A stretch of DNA of 64,000 nt from assembly GCA_030390025.1 (NCBI GenBank), contig CM059432.1, positions 137,146,001-137,210,000 of the forward strand. The letters run 5' to 3'. The translations under genes were made by a program, and so were the position numbers. The first letter of the stretch is position 1; every line of letters starts with the position of its first letter. The DNA is from Squalus acanthias (taxonomy: Eukaryota). This document shows positions 12,971 through 24,659 of this stretch, piece by piece. The notes under the pieces were generated by a model. The model had not been told where the DNA came from. It made no database searches and saw nothing but the letters and a program-made list of their open reading frames with translations.

Positions 12971-13281
12971 AATATTCTTGCTTTGGAAATAACCAGAATG
13001 AAAAAAACAACAATTGACCCAACCACTTCAGACTCCAGCATATTTCTGTGTAGTCGGTCTCCTCTCTCCCTTTCCAGTCACTGCTCTGAAACAATTTGGA
13101 TAGGTCATTTTCCCCGTTCACCAACCAGCAAGTTCCTCCATCTATCTCCATGCACTTAGGAGAGTGATCGATTTCCCTCTGTGCCATCTAAGAATGCTGG
13201 GATAACAAAGCCCTGTGTAGGAAAAGTTGATTTTGAAATTCTCTCTGGATAAAGCTACTTTTAACACAATAGTAAATCTTG

Positions 13282-14077
13282 GGGGGCGATTTTGTTAATG
13301 GGGCCGCGTTGAAGGTGGAACTGCTGCTTGGCGGGTCGATGTCCCGCCTCCATCGATTTGTGGCCAACCCACGCTATTTTCCCTTGATTGACCTTGTTAA
13401 GCCCGCCCAGCGGGCTCAGCAAGCCAATTAAGGGAAAGCCGGTTGCAGAGAACGTCAACGTATGACGTTTCATCTGTCAAAAATTCTGTGAAGCTATCAA
13501 ACAGTGACATTCTTGAATTCAAGACCTCATCAAACTTCTTTCTTTTAGAGAAATGAGATGGTTGTTGCATCTGTGAATGCAACGGCCACCTGTCATCTGC
13601 AACATGGAGGTCCGAGACTCTCCGCATACAAACCGACTGAAGCCTGCAGGGAGAAACAAAGGAAAGTGCACTTTTACTAACACTTTGCACTTACCTCAGA
13701 TACTCACCTCTACACTCTTGCACCCATCACTTACCTTCACACCACACTTTTGCACCCCCCCCCGACCCCCGCAGACCCAGTACTCGCCTCGCTGACCTGG
13801 CGGGTTTTGGAGCCTTCGGGAAGCCCGCACTTGTGAGGGCAAAAAGGGGATAATCCTATTTTCTGCCTGTTAACTGCCTGTTAACAGGCAGTTAATAGGC
13901 TTTAATCCCTTCCCGCCTCCAAGGAGACGGGACCCAGCGCGGGACGGCTACCCGCCTCCTGGGAAGATGGCATGGAGGCGGGTTGGGGGCAGGTTGGGCA
14001 CCCGTCCCCAAATTCTGCCATTTTCCCAGCAGTCCTGCCTCCATACCCGCCTCCCCAGGGCTGGCAAAGTCGCCCCC
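13282..14077. mobile_element. Harbinger MITE (family 2), full length
   Basis: TIRs gggggcgattttg/caaagtcgccccc; TSD TTG; reverse-complement homolog of 35233-35988. Confidence 0.85.
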
Positions 14078-14376
14078 TTGGATTTTAAGCAATTTGTACA
14101 TAGAATAACTCAAATACATTCATCTCCGTAAAAACAAAAATTATTTACAGCCTGGTTTCTGACGTTGATTGACAGATAAATGTAGGAACCTTACAGACAT
14201 CAGAGGACGAAGATTTTAGTTCTATCAGTCTGGTCTAGATTTGAACCCCCAAATCCAGAGGTAAAAGAACAGGTTACAACCTGACTGTCCCAACCAGTCC
14301 CCCTAACCTTAAATTTTAAAAAATGGAGTATAACTTCTGTAGTCGTAACAGTAGAATAGCCAAGCGTACAACATGT

Positions 14377-14755
14377 TAGGGTCGCCAACTCTGGTTGGAC
14401 GTATTCCTGGAGGTTTCATCACATGACCTCCTGCATCCAACTGTCCCGCCCCCACACTCCCCCCATTGGTCACCTGACATGCCCATCCTCGTGGTGCCCC
14501 GCCTTCCCACCGCCATTTGGAAAGTGAACAGACTCTTCATTACATGATTGGATGATTCTTCACTGTCATTCAACAGCCTTTTTATCCCGTGTCCGCTATT
14601 TTTATAACTAACAAACAAAACTGTTCTAAGAAAATTTAAAAAGAAACTATTGCCCCGATGATTTTTCTCCAGGGTGTTGCTCGCAGCAGTGTCCTGGAGA
14701 TTAATCTTCAATTCCTGGAGACTCCAGGACAATCCTGGAAGATTGGCAACCCCTA
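14377..14755. mobile_element. hAT-type MITE
   Basis: TIR tagggtcgccaa/ttggcaaccccta; imperfect 8-bp TSD caacatgt/caacattc. Confidence 0.7.
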
Positions 14756-16125
14756 CAACATTCCTTCCACCGTCAAAACTGTAATGGAATGGGAATTGCA
14801 ATGCGCTGGCAGAAAGAGAGCTGGTTCCTGCCAGAGTTTCTGAGCTCATGACGGGGAGAGACCATTTAAATAAATCAGGCTGGCGCCTATGCCCGTATCA
14901 CTTCCATCGCTCAGTTTTGCCGGATGCCAGTATCTCGCTGGTATCCAGGACAATTGGAGCTCAGGGGGTGGGAGCAGCAGGAAATCCAGTGGGTGACGCC
15001 ATCTTACCCACCCTGCCCCCTTGAAGGGACAGTTGGAGTTCACGCCCTCTTCTGCTCACCAAAGAAAAATTGCTGTGGCCTGATCTTTGGCGCCCTTTTC
15101 TGCCCCAGCCACGTTAGGACAAATATTTAATTAAATGGTAATAAAATCTTGTGTCAACAATATGAACGTCCAGTGATTTTTGCTAAGCTCCTTGTTCTAT
15201 CAACAAAAATGATGCTGGCTTCTCTTTAATGTAGTCCGAAATCAGAGACACACGTGGTTCCCTGAAAGGTTTTGGCTGATATAAACTGATATTCCCTCAC
15301 GCTATTAATAAACAGCCATTTTCACGTCCTGTTACAGCAAAAGCTGGCCATTGATTCGTTCCTAATTGCAACGTTACTTTCAAAATTTCCAAAAAGCAAT
15401 TCCACTTATACCAAAAGAGATACATCACAAAACAACAACAACAACCTGCATTTATATAGCACCTATACCGTAGTAAAAACGTCCCACGGCACTTCACAGG
15501 AGCGTTATCAAAGTTTGACACAGAGGAGATATTAGAACAGACGACCAAAAGCTTGGTCAAAGAGGTAGGTTTTAAGGAGCGTCTTAAAGGAGGAGAGAGA
15601 GGTTATTGTCTCTTCATGCCGCGCTGGAAAATCATAATTTTGACCAATTACATTTGATAAGTTTTCTAGTTTGCACACTCACTATTCGCCTTATCAAGGC
15701 AGGTAAATGGAGTCGAGGTGCAGATCAGCCATGATCTAATTGAGTGGTGGAGAAAGCTCGAGGGGTTGAATGGCCTCCTCCTATTGCTATGTTTCCCTGA
15801 CTTCCACATTCAATTCAGTCTTGTTTATTCTGATCGGGAAGACTGTCCTCATCTTATTCACAGCAGAGCTCACCTCCAAATCGCTGTGCCAAATCGACCA
15901 TTAAGCCCACCTCTCTATCCGGTTTGAGAGCAACAGACTGCCTTCTGTCAGCTTCTGTCTTCGAGATCGGACAAAGAACACAAACAAATCCATCTTTGCC
16001 TGCCCTCGCTAAATTACTATTTAACTTGCCGAGTGATTTAACTTGGCTTCATTTTCACTTCCCTCGGCTAATTTGTGACCTGATTATTTGAGCTCCAGAG
16101 GACAGTGAAAATGCTTAGCATGTGG

Positions 16126-17013
16126 AAAGAATCTGCAAAGGGATATAGACAGGCTAAGTGAGTGGGCAAACATTTGGCAGATGGAGTATAATGTGGAAAA
16201 GTGCGAGGTTATCCACTTCGGTAAGAAAAATAAAAAAGCAGAATATTATTTAAATGGAGAGAGATTACAAAATGCTACAGTTCAGAGGGACCTGGGGGTC
16301 CTTGTGCATGAAACACAAAAAGTTAGCATGCAGGTACAGCAAGTAATCAAAAAGGCAAATGGAATGTTGGCCTTTATTTCAAGGGGGTTGGAGTATAAAA
16401 GCAGGGAAGTCCTGCTGCAACTGTACAGGGTATTGGTGAGACCACACCTTGAGTACTGCGTACAGTTTTGGTCTCCTTATTTAAGGAAGGATATACTTGC
16501 ATTGGAGGCAGTTCAGAGACGATTCACTAGGTTAATTCCAGAGATGAGGGGGTTGATGTATGAGGAAAGGTTGAACAGGATGGGCCTATACTCATTGGAA
16601 TTTAGAAGAATGAGAGGTGATCTTATTGAAACATATAAGATACCGAGGGGGCTCGACAGGGTAGATGCAGAGAGGGTTTTTCCCCTCATGGGGAAATCTA
16701 GAACTCGGGGGCATAGTTTCAGAATAAAGGATCGCCCTTTTAGAACTGAGATGAGGAGGAATTTCTTCTCTCAGAGGGTGGTAAATCTGTGGAATTCTCT
16801 GCCCCAGAGAGCCGTGGAGGCTGGGTCATTAAATACATTTAAGGTGGAGATAGACAGATTTTTGCAAGATAAGGGAGTGAAGGATTATGGGGGGCGGGCA
16901 GGGAAGTGGCTTTGAGCCCAAGATCAGCCATGATCTTATTGAATGGCGGAGCAGGCTCAAGGGGCCAGGTGGCCTATTCCTGCTCCTATTTCTTATGTTC
17001 TTATGTTCTTATG
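16126..17013 (+). mobile_element. CR1 LINE 3' fragment (ORF 16181-16915)
   Basis: YNVEKCEVIHFG...RPHLEYCVQFWSP; (ttcttatg)3 tail. Confidence 0.95.
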
Positions 17014-17494
17014 ATGCAATGCTCATTGGAGCAATTAATAGACACCACTAAGTATATTGACTGAGTATTTTCTGTCATATTATGCTTATGCAAATCCATT
17101 TCAATTTGAGTAATTTCCTCATTTTAACTCAAGAGTCTTTTTATTTTAAAAAAACGAAATAATCTTTAGAAACAGACCTACCTCAATCTCACTTCTTCAT
17201 TGCAAGGAACAGTCATTGGTAACAGCTTTAAATGGAGACAAATGGTTCTAATCAGCTTGTTCTGTGCTTTAGTGCAGCACCCATGGGTAAATGGGTTAGG
17301 CTGCCCAATGTTATTTTGCGAAAGGATCTTTTGATAAACCAGAAAGAGGACACTTTTATTCCAAATTGAATAGGTTGAACCCAGGTCCGAGAGAGGATAG
17401 GATGGTAGGCCACTCAAATTTCAATTAGATCATTTTTAAAAATCATTTCAGTATTCTTGCTATTGTTTTCTCGTTCTTCACTTCTCTTCTAATA

Positions 17495-17990
17495 TAGGAG
17501 CAGGAGGAGGCCGTTCAGCCCCTCGAGCCTGTTTCGTCATTCATTTAGATCAATGGCTGATCTGCATCTTAACTCCATCTACCCGCCTTGGTTCCGTAAC
17601 CCTTGATACCCTTGTGAGAAGTCGCACAACACCAGGTTATAGTCCAACAGCTTTATTTTAAATCAAATAAAGCTGTTGGACTATAACCTGGTGTTGTGCG
17701 ACTTCTCACATTTGTCCACCCCAGTCCAACACTGGCATCTCCACACTTTGATACCCTTGCCTAACAAAAATCAAAAATCTATCAATCTCAGTTTTGAAAT
17801 TTTCAATTGACCCCCGGCCTCAACAGCTTTCTGGGGGAGAGTGAGTTCCAGATTTCCACTACCCTTTTTGTGAAGAAGTGCTTCCTGACATCACACCTGA
17901 ACGGACTAACTCTAAATTTAAAGTTATGCCCCCTTGCTCTGGACTCTCCCACCAGAGGGAATTGTTTCTCTCTAGCTACCCTATCAACTC
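17495..17990 (-). mobile_element. CR1 3'-end fragment with nested Penelope-like insertion
   Basis: Reverse complement of CR1 3' UTR/ORF end; similar to 29100-29550. Confidence 0.7.
17613..17747 (+). mobile_element. Penelope-like terminal fragment with inverted duplication
   Basis: Perfect 46-bp inverted repeat (17613-17658/17665-17710) plus short extension; 12-bp TSD ttgatacccttg (17603-17614, 17748-17759). Confidence 0.7.
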
Positions 17991-18619
17991 ATTTCGATGT
18001 GCCTCTTTTTTTTCTGTCTTCCACTTATTCTTCTCTCTGAATATCTAATACATGTTTCTCCTTGGCCCAGAATTTCCACAGGGGTTGTCCCAATCTCTCG
18101 CCGTACCTTCGGCAGGGGATCAGCAGACCTGTCAATTTCCCACTGAAGGTACAAGCGGGGATTGGGACAATCCCAACAGAATTCTGTTTATCTCCTTATT
18201 TGTCTCCCAATCTTTCTCTCATTCTTTGTGTAAGTTTCCTCTCTCCTCTCTCTTCCTAATAACCACACATCACCCCCGCCCCGTCGTCACGCTCCCCCCC
18301 CCCTACCACCACCAACCACCCCACACCATCTCCAATCTCTCTATATGGCTCTCACACACAACCTTTAACAATGAACCCATTTTCCATCTCTTACCTTTTT
18401 TTAAAAGCCCCGGATATGCAGCATAATGGCAGACAACAAGTATTGTGCTGGAGATGGATATCAGTATCAGGTGAAAGAGAGGGCTGGATGCTGAGAGGGA
18501 GTTGGGAGAGCATACGCTGGAAATGAGCCTGGGACCATTCAGCATGGATGGGGTGTGGGGAGAGGCTGGAGTCAAGGATCTCTAGGGAGAAAAAAACATA
18601 TCTTTGATAATAAAAGAAG

Positions 18620-19080
18620 AAAAAAAGACTTGCATTTATGTAGCAGCTTTCATGACCTCAGGACGTCCCAAGGCACTTTACAGCCAATGAAGTATGTTTA
18701 TTGAAGTGCAGTCAATGTTGTAATGTAGGAAACACGGCAGCCAATTTGTGCACAGTAAGTCCCCACGAACAGCAATGTGTTAATGGCCAGATCATCTTTT
18801 TTAGTGATGTTGGTTGAGGTATAAATATTGGCCAGGACACTGGGGAGAACTCCCCTGCTCTTTTTCAAATAATACCATGGGATCTTTTACATCTATCTGA
18901 GATCAGATGAGTTTAATACCTCATCTGAAAGACGGCACTTCTGACAGTGCAGCACTCCCTCAGTACCGCCCTGGAGTGTCAGCCTGAATTTTGTGCTCAA
19001 GTCTCTGGAACGGGACTATGAACCCACAACCTTCGAGGTCAAAGGTGAGCATGCTCCTCACTGAGCCACGGCTGGCACAT
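18620..19080 (-). mobile_element. Deu-domain SINE, near full length
   Basis: Homologous to 5015-5460 including tRNA-like head. Confidence 0.8.
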
Positions 19081-19441
19081 AACATAACTGACTGAGAAAG
19101 AACAAATAAACAAATAAAACACTTTCAGCTTAAACAAATACATTGGGTGTAATTTTCAACTTTGCCATCTGGGGAGGCGGGGGCGGCGGGGGTGGCAACC
19201 TGGGGAACGGATCGCCCGCCCTTTATAGAACCCACCCGATTTCTGTTCCATTGATTTCAATAGAACAAAAGTCGGGCGGCTTCTACCACAGGCAGATGAT
19301 TCACTCTGCCTGATTATCACCCTTTGAAAATTACCCGATCCAATCCATGGTGGGAGGTAGAATGGAAAAAAATAATGTGAATAAGTGGATTTAGAGCCCT
19401 CCTTCTGTAATGTGATAGGTAAATAGTTTTACAAACATTAT

Positions 19442-22400
19442 GGCCTCCATTTTAATAGCCCTGAGGAGGCGGGTTTGGAGGCAGGTCTGCAGCAAAAATC
19501 AGAAAAAATGGCTTCAGACACCCAACCCACCTGCATCCCGCCCCCAGTGAGTGTCGGGTCAGCCGCTCCCAAACTAACCCGACTGGAACCGGTGGGACAG
19601 GTAATTAAGGCAGTTAAGAGCCTGTTAACTGCCTTGCTAATCCTATTTTGATAGTGGTTTCCCATTTTCATGTTTCTGGCTCCTGTTTCCCATCTTGTCA
19701 GAAGCAGGACAGGTTCAAGGAGACGAGTTGCTGGAGGACATGATTTGTATTCATTGGTGAAGTGCTTTAAAAGCACCCCTGAAACATGGCTGACATTCAA
19801 ATGCAACAACTTTGCTGTTGTAGGTATGGGATAACATTTTGCACATCTACTGACCTTCTGACTGTTCAAGCTGACACCCATCTGCAGGGTGACCTGAATG
19901 GAAATATTTCAGGCCACTTTGACTGTGTGCTTGCAAGATTGTTACCTCAAATGAAATCTATAGCAAGGGGATGGGAAACATTTATGCCCTCTCATCCTGA
20001 TCCTCATAATCGGGGGAGTAGCAGCCGCGTGGCTCAGCACAGATCTTCCTGGGAAGAGGAGGAGGAGGAGGAGGAGGACGAGGGGCGCCTTGCATGCCCT
20101 GTTGTGACCAATGCAGCATCCCTCCAGTTCACTGCTGCCCGTCAAGCAGGGTATGCACACTGCCATGCCACACTACCATAAGCTTACTCTTCAACCATAG
20201 GTGGCTACCATATGGCTCTGTAATTGTAGGTGACATTTGTCCAACGTCATACATCATCTCTGCTATACCCGGTTATTTCCTATTACTTTCATCATCAGCA
20301 TTACAAAAGCAAGTCACCCTGAGCCCTCAATGCGCTTTTGCCATTTCCCAGAACACAGAGGCCACACAATCAACTGTTTGCCATAATTTTTCTTTTACAC
20401 ATGACAAAAGGATTATAAACCAACAACAGTCAGAAAAAAAAATACAAAACACCCACATGAGTCCCCTTGTGACTATATGTGCTTAATCTTTCTCTTACGC
20501 GTGCTTCTACGTGGTGCTTCCCCTGTGGCTTCAGTAGAGGTACCTTGCTAACTAGGATGCTGCGCCTGCTTAGACTCCTTTGGTGGGCGTCCTCTGGGTT
20601 TGGGAGCCTGGGAGGGCTCTTTAACAGTCTGCTCTTTCTGCGGCTGTGCAGGGGCTGAAACAGCCATCTCAGTTGTCTCTGCAAAGTGGGTCTCTGACCG
20701 AGGGCTCCGCAGTGGCATGGTCGTGTGAGTGCTTTGAGAGGAGCCCAAACTTCCTTCTGTCCTACCAACAACATCCCTCTCATGGGTCAGCCGCACCTCA
20801 GTGCTGGCAAGTGGCAGGAGAGCACCTTGCTGCACTTCAGGGGGGCCATGAGGACCCGTATCTGCACTGGCAGTCCTCCTCAAAAGGACGTCCATGAAGC
20901 TCTGGTCTCTGCTCAATAGCTGCCCATCGCTCCTCCAGAGATGTCAGTCTATTCTGAACAGTCACCATGTTTTCCTGACTCTGGCGACTTATTTCCTCCA
21001 TGGCTGTAGCCATCCTTTCCACTGAGGTAGCCATCCTTTCCACGGAGGTTGCCATCCTATCCATGGTGGTGCGTTCATGCGCCATTGCCTCCACCACAGC
21101 AGTGCTGATGTTAGAGATGGACTCCTCCATTCTATCCACACTTGCATTAACCCTTCCAGAGACACCTGCACTTGTTCCTGTATTTCACGAACCGCTCTTT
21201 TTCTGGATGGCCCCAGAGGCACAGCGTCTGCATGCAGCTCAGCAGAGCTAGGAGAGTCCTGCGACCTCTGCAGGGGACTCTCCACTGCTGTCGCTGTCTC
21301 CACCATCTGCTGATGCTCACTTGTGCGCTGTGATAGACCAGCTGGCAACACTACTCTAACTCGCGAGGGCCCCACCGAGGTGTGCATTGCTGCGCTGGTG
21401 CTGGGTGCGCTGAGTCCTGGTGACGCTGGCCCCTCAGAGGCTTCAGGTTCCTCTGAGGAGTTGTCCGGCTCTTCGTTCTGGATCGTGGGGAAGGGGTGGT
21501 CGATGGTCCTGTGGGAGAGTAAAGGCTTGAATTAGACATCTGATATTGATGTAGCACACACATCCTTTTGAGCAGATGATACAACGCGATTCTCTATGAA
21601 CATCATATGCCATTGCAATCAATCACTAAATGTCAATGAGAGGGATGAAACTCTATTATGTCACCAGCTTCCTCTAGTGTGCCCATCTCTCCATCGCCCA
21701 CTTCCAGATCTCCGCCACCTCCAACAATTTTGTGTGCAGCCTCCTCAGCACTTGTCAATGTTGCTAGGGTTGGTGTACTTCCTCCAGTCATTGCTCTCTC
21801 CCTCTTATTGTGGGCTATCTTTTCCTGCAGGGAGGGACACAAGCGGTGTTTCAGCCACAGTGATGGAGTGAGTGTGATTAATCCCTACCATAGAAGCTTT
21901 GAGAGAGACGAAGATGGGGTAAGGTGCCAAGAGGAAGGTAGCTCCCTGTGCGTTGTTAGTTGTTGTCACTGCATGACAGTGAGAGCGAGTCTAAAGGGTG
22001 CATAGGCAGGATGCTGAAGTGATTCAGTGCAGAGACAGAGATGGATAGGAAAGGGTGCAAGGGAAGTAAGAGTAAGGTGGCATGTGGAGGAGCAGGCTTA
22101 CAACGCAGAGTGCTGGTGATGAGAAGAGAAGGGAAGCAGATTGAAGGTAAGTGTGATGAGATACTCACTTTTGATGTTCGCACAAGATCATTAAAGTGTT
22201 TCCTGCACTGGATCCAAGAGCGTGAACATATGGACCTTGCGCTGACCTCCTGAGCAGTGCGCAGCCAGGCTGCCTTGGTCTGCTGAGGAGGCTTCCTCCG
22301 GCCATCAGGAGGGAAGAGAATCTCCCTGCGCCCTCTGACAGCATCCACAAGAGCATGGAGGGAGTCATCATTAAATCGAGGAGCTGCCTTGCCTCTGGAA

Positions 22401-22679
22401 GAAGTCATTGTGTATAGATCGATCTCACCGAGTATCAGAATCCAGAAGAGAAAGGCTTAGGCTGAATGGGAACTTTAAAACCAACTGCTATGATGACGTC
22501 ATCAGAGATGGCCAGCCGACCCGATCGCACTCATTGGACCGGCCAGCGCGCCCCAATGAAATCAACAAGCTGATTAAATCAAAATTGGACACCAGCAGCT
22601 GATCCCGCCGGAAGCGGCTCTGGAACCCGCCCACCATGCAACCCGACTCCAACCCGCCTCGGAAATAAAAATCGAGCCC
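19442..22679. mobile_element. Harbinger element (family 2), transposase internally deleted, Myb gene retained
   Basis: TIRs ggcctccatttt/aaaatcgagccc; TSD TAT; only an acidic poly-E transposase-like tail near 20050-20090; left end shared with family-2 MITEs. Confidence 0.8.
20490..22408 (-). pseudogene. Harbinger Myb/SANT-like DNA-binding protein, 3 exons, frameshifted
   Basis: Exon 1 22408-22169 (APRFNDDSL...AW...RSWIQCRKHFNDL, GT donor), exon 2 21824-21665 (EKIAHNKRERAMTGG), exon 3 from 21508 split over several frames. Confidence 0.8.
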
Positions 22680-24119
22680 TATATCTATGAGGCCCTGTAT
22701 CTCTTACTCTTAGTAAAGTATCATAGAATCATACAGCACAGAAGGAGGCCATTCGGTCCATCGTGCCTGTGCCGGCTCTTTGGTAGAGCTATCCAATTAG
22801 TCCCACTCCCCCCTGCTCTTTCCCCATAGCCTTGCAAATTCTTCCTTTCCAATTCCCTTTTGAAAGTTACTATTGAATCTGCTTCCACCGCCCTTTCAAG
22901 CAGTGCATTCCAGATCATAATAATTCACTGTCTCTGTGTCCTCTGGTTACCGACCCACCTGCCAATGGAAACAGTTTCCGAAAAAAAAAGTGTAATACTT
23001 TTGTCTCGAGTCAGTTATGTGACCTATTGCTTAAGCAAATATGGTGCCTCACAGCAATGGAGGAACTGTTGTCGCATTTACGCTGCAGCAGGATTGTAGT
23101 GAACACCAGGAACTATGGAGTAATTTAGACATGGCTGTAAAACTGGTGTAAAACCATTGAAGTCAATGGAAAGGAAGATTGTGTATATACCGAGTGGCCA
23201 ATCCAATACTGCCATCTTTACGCCCTCGCCTCAGTTGAAAGTTACCACCCCCCCTCCCCCACCAGCCCATACTCCAGGCCCCAGATTACTCATGAGCAAC
23301 ACCACAGGAGATCTACTAGTCTTTTTATGAAAAATCTCACTCACTCAGAAGCTGCCAATGAACAACTTGCACCATCACAAAGGCAACCAATTCGAATCGC
23401 TGTTTCATTTTTCAACCTTTTTCAAGCAGACATTCTTGTTGCACACTGCATGCCCCTAAAAATAACATTAGTATTCTAATAAATACGTAAGAATTAAACA
23501 AGTCTGAAAACCAAAAGTCATTAAAGTTGCCCATTTTGAAAATGTCTTCTAAAATTTTTCCACTGGCACAGACTATCCTCTCGTGTTTTCCTTGTGCTCC
23601 GTCCATGGAAGAATATTCTTTAGTCTTGCATGCTAATATTTTTGGGATTCTGTGCATGTGCAAGATTAGTTCCTCGATGCTTTTAGTGGCATTCTGTGCA
23701 TCTGTGTGGATCATCACTGCCAGTTTGCCCATTTGTGACTTAACTTCAGGCCATATTCTTTCATATATTTTTTTAAAAATTCATTCTCGGGATGTGGCAA
23801 GGCCAGCAGGTATTGCCCACATTGTCCTGAGATGATGGTGGTGGGCCTTCTTCTTGAAGCATTGCCAATAGACAGCGTAAAGTATAAGTGACGTATTGAC
23901 ATCTATCTTGCCTGTTGGCTTGCTGTTCAATTTTATGAAGTGACTTCTGTAAGAGCAGATTGTAGCCTGAATAATATATATATGAGTAAGAGAGAGAGAG
24001 TGAGAGAGAAAGAGAAAAAGAGATGGTGGTAGTCTATACTATTTGCAGTGCATAACCCAATGGGTAGTTTATATGAAACCACATAAGCAGAGTTTTTTTT
24101 TCAGGGAAGTGGATCCAAT

Positions 24120-24570
24120 TAGTGCTAGGTTATCAGTGAAGTTTCACAAGGCTTTGTGTTAGGACCATTGCTGTTCAGCATTTTCACTAATGACTTAAAT
24201 AAAAACCATTTCTAAATTTGTGGATAATAACAAAATCATGTGTCGTGCTTAGTAATTCAGACCAAATTGAGACAACGTAAATGACTGAGCCCGTGTGCGG
24301 TAGCTGTCATTTTATGTAGAAAGTACGACGTCGTGCACTTGGGATTCGAAAACTTCAAGTATGTTTATGCCATGCAGAGGTACCTATTGCCTTAGGGAGA
24401 TGGAGAGGAATTTCCTAGAATTTCCCCTGAAATTGGCCACAGTTGTTTTTCCTCTGTGTTTTTGCCTGTGCCTGACGAGTGCATGGTTAGGGAGTGGGGG
24501 AACAACATGCACTGTTGTACTGGTAACTGGATGGGGTAGGCTCGATAAGCCGGATTGCCTTTACTTGCCC
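24120..24570 (+). mobile_element. Ancient decayed CR1 RT fragment
   Basis: cacaaggctttgtgttaggaccattgctgttcagcattttcactaatgac resembles [17 protein letters not shown]. Confidence 0.5.
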
Positions 24571-24659
24571 TTCTTTTCATACGTACATATAGTAAAAAGA
24601 TTGTTGTTTGCCTATAGGCCCACTGCCCCAGATATTTTCCAGATTTTCAGCACATAATC

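Noticed and set aside
23985..24022. (GA)n tract
   Set aside because: Ordinary microsatellite
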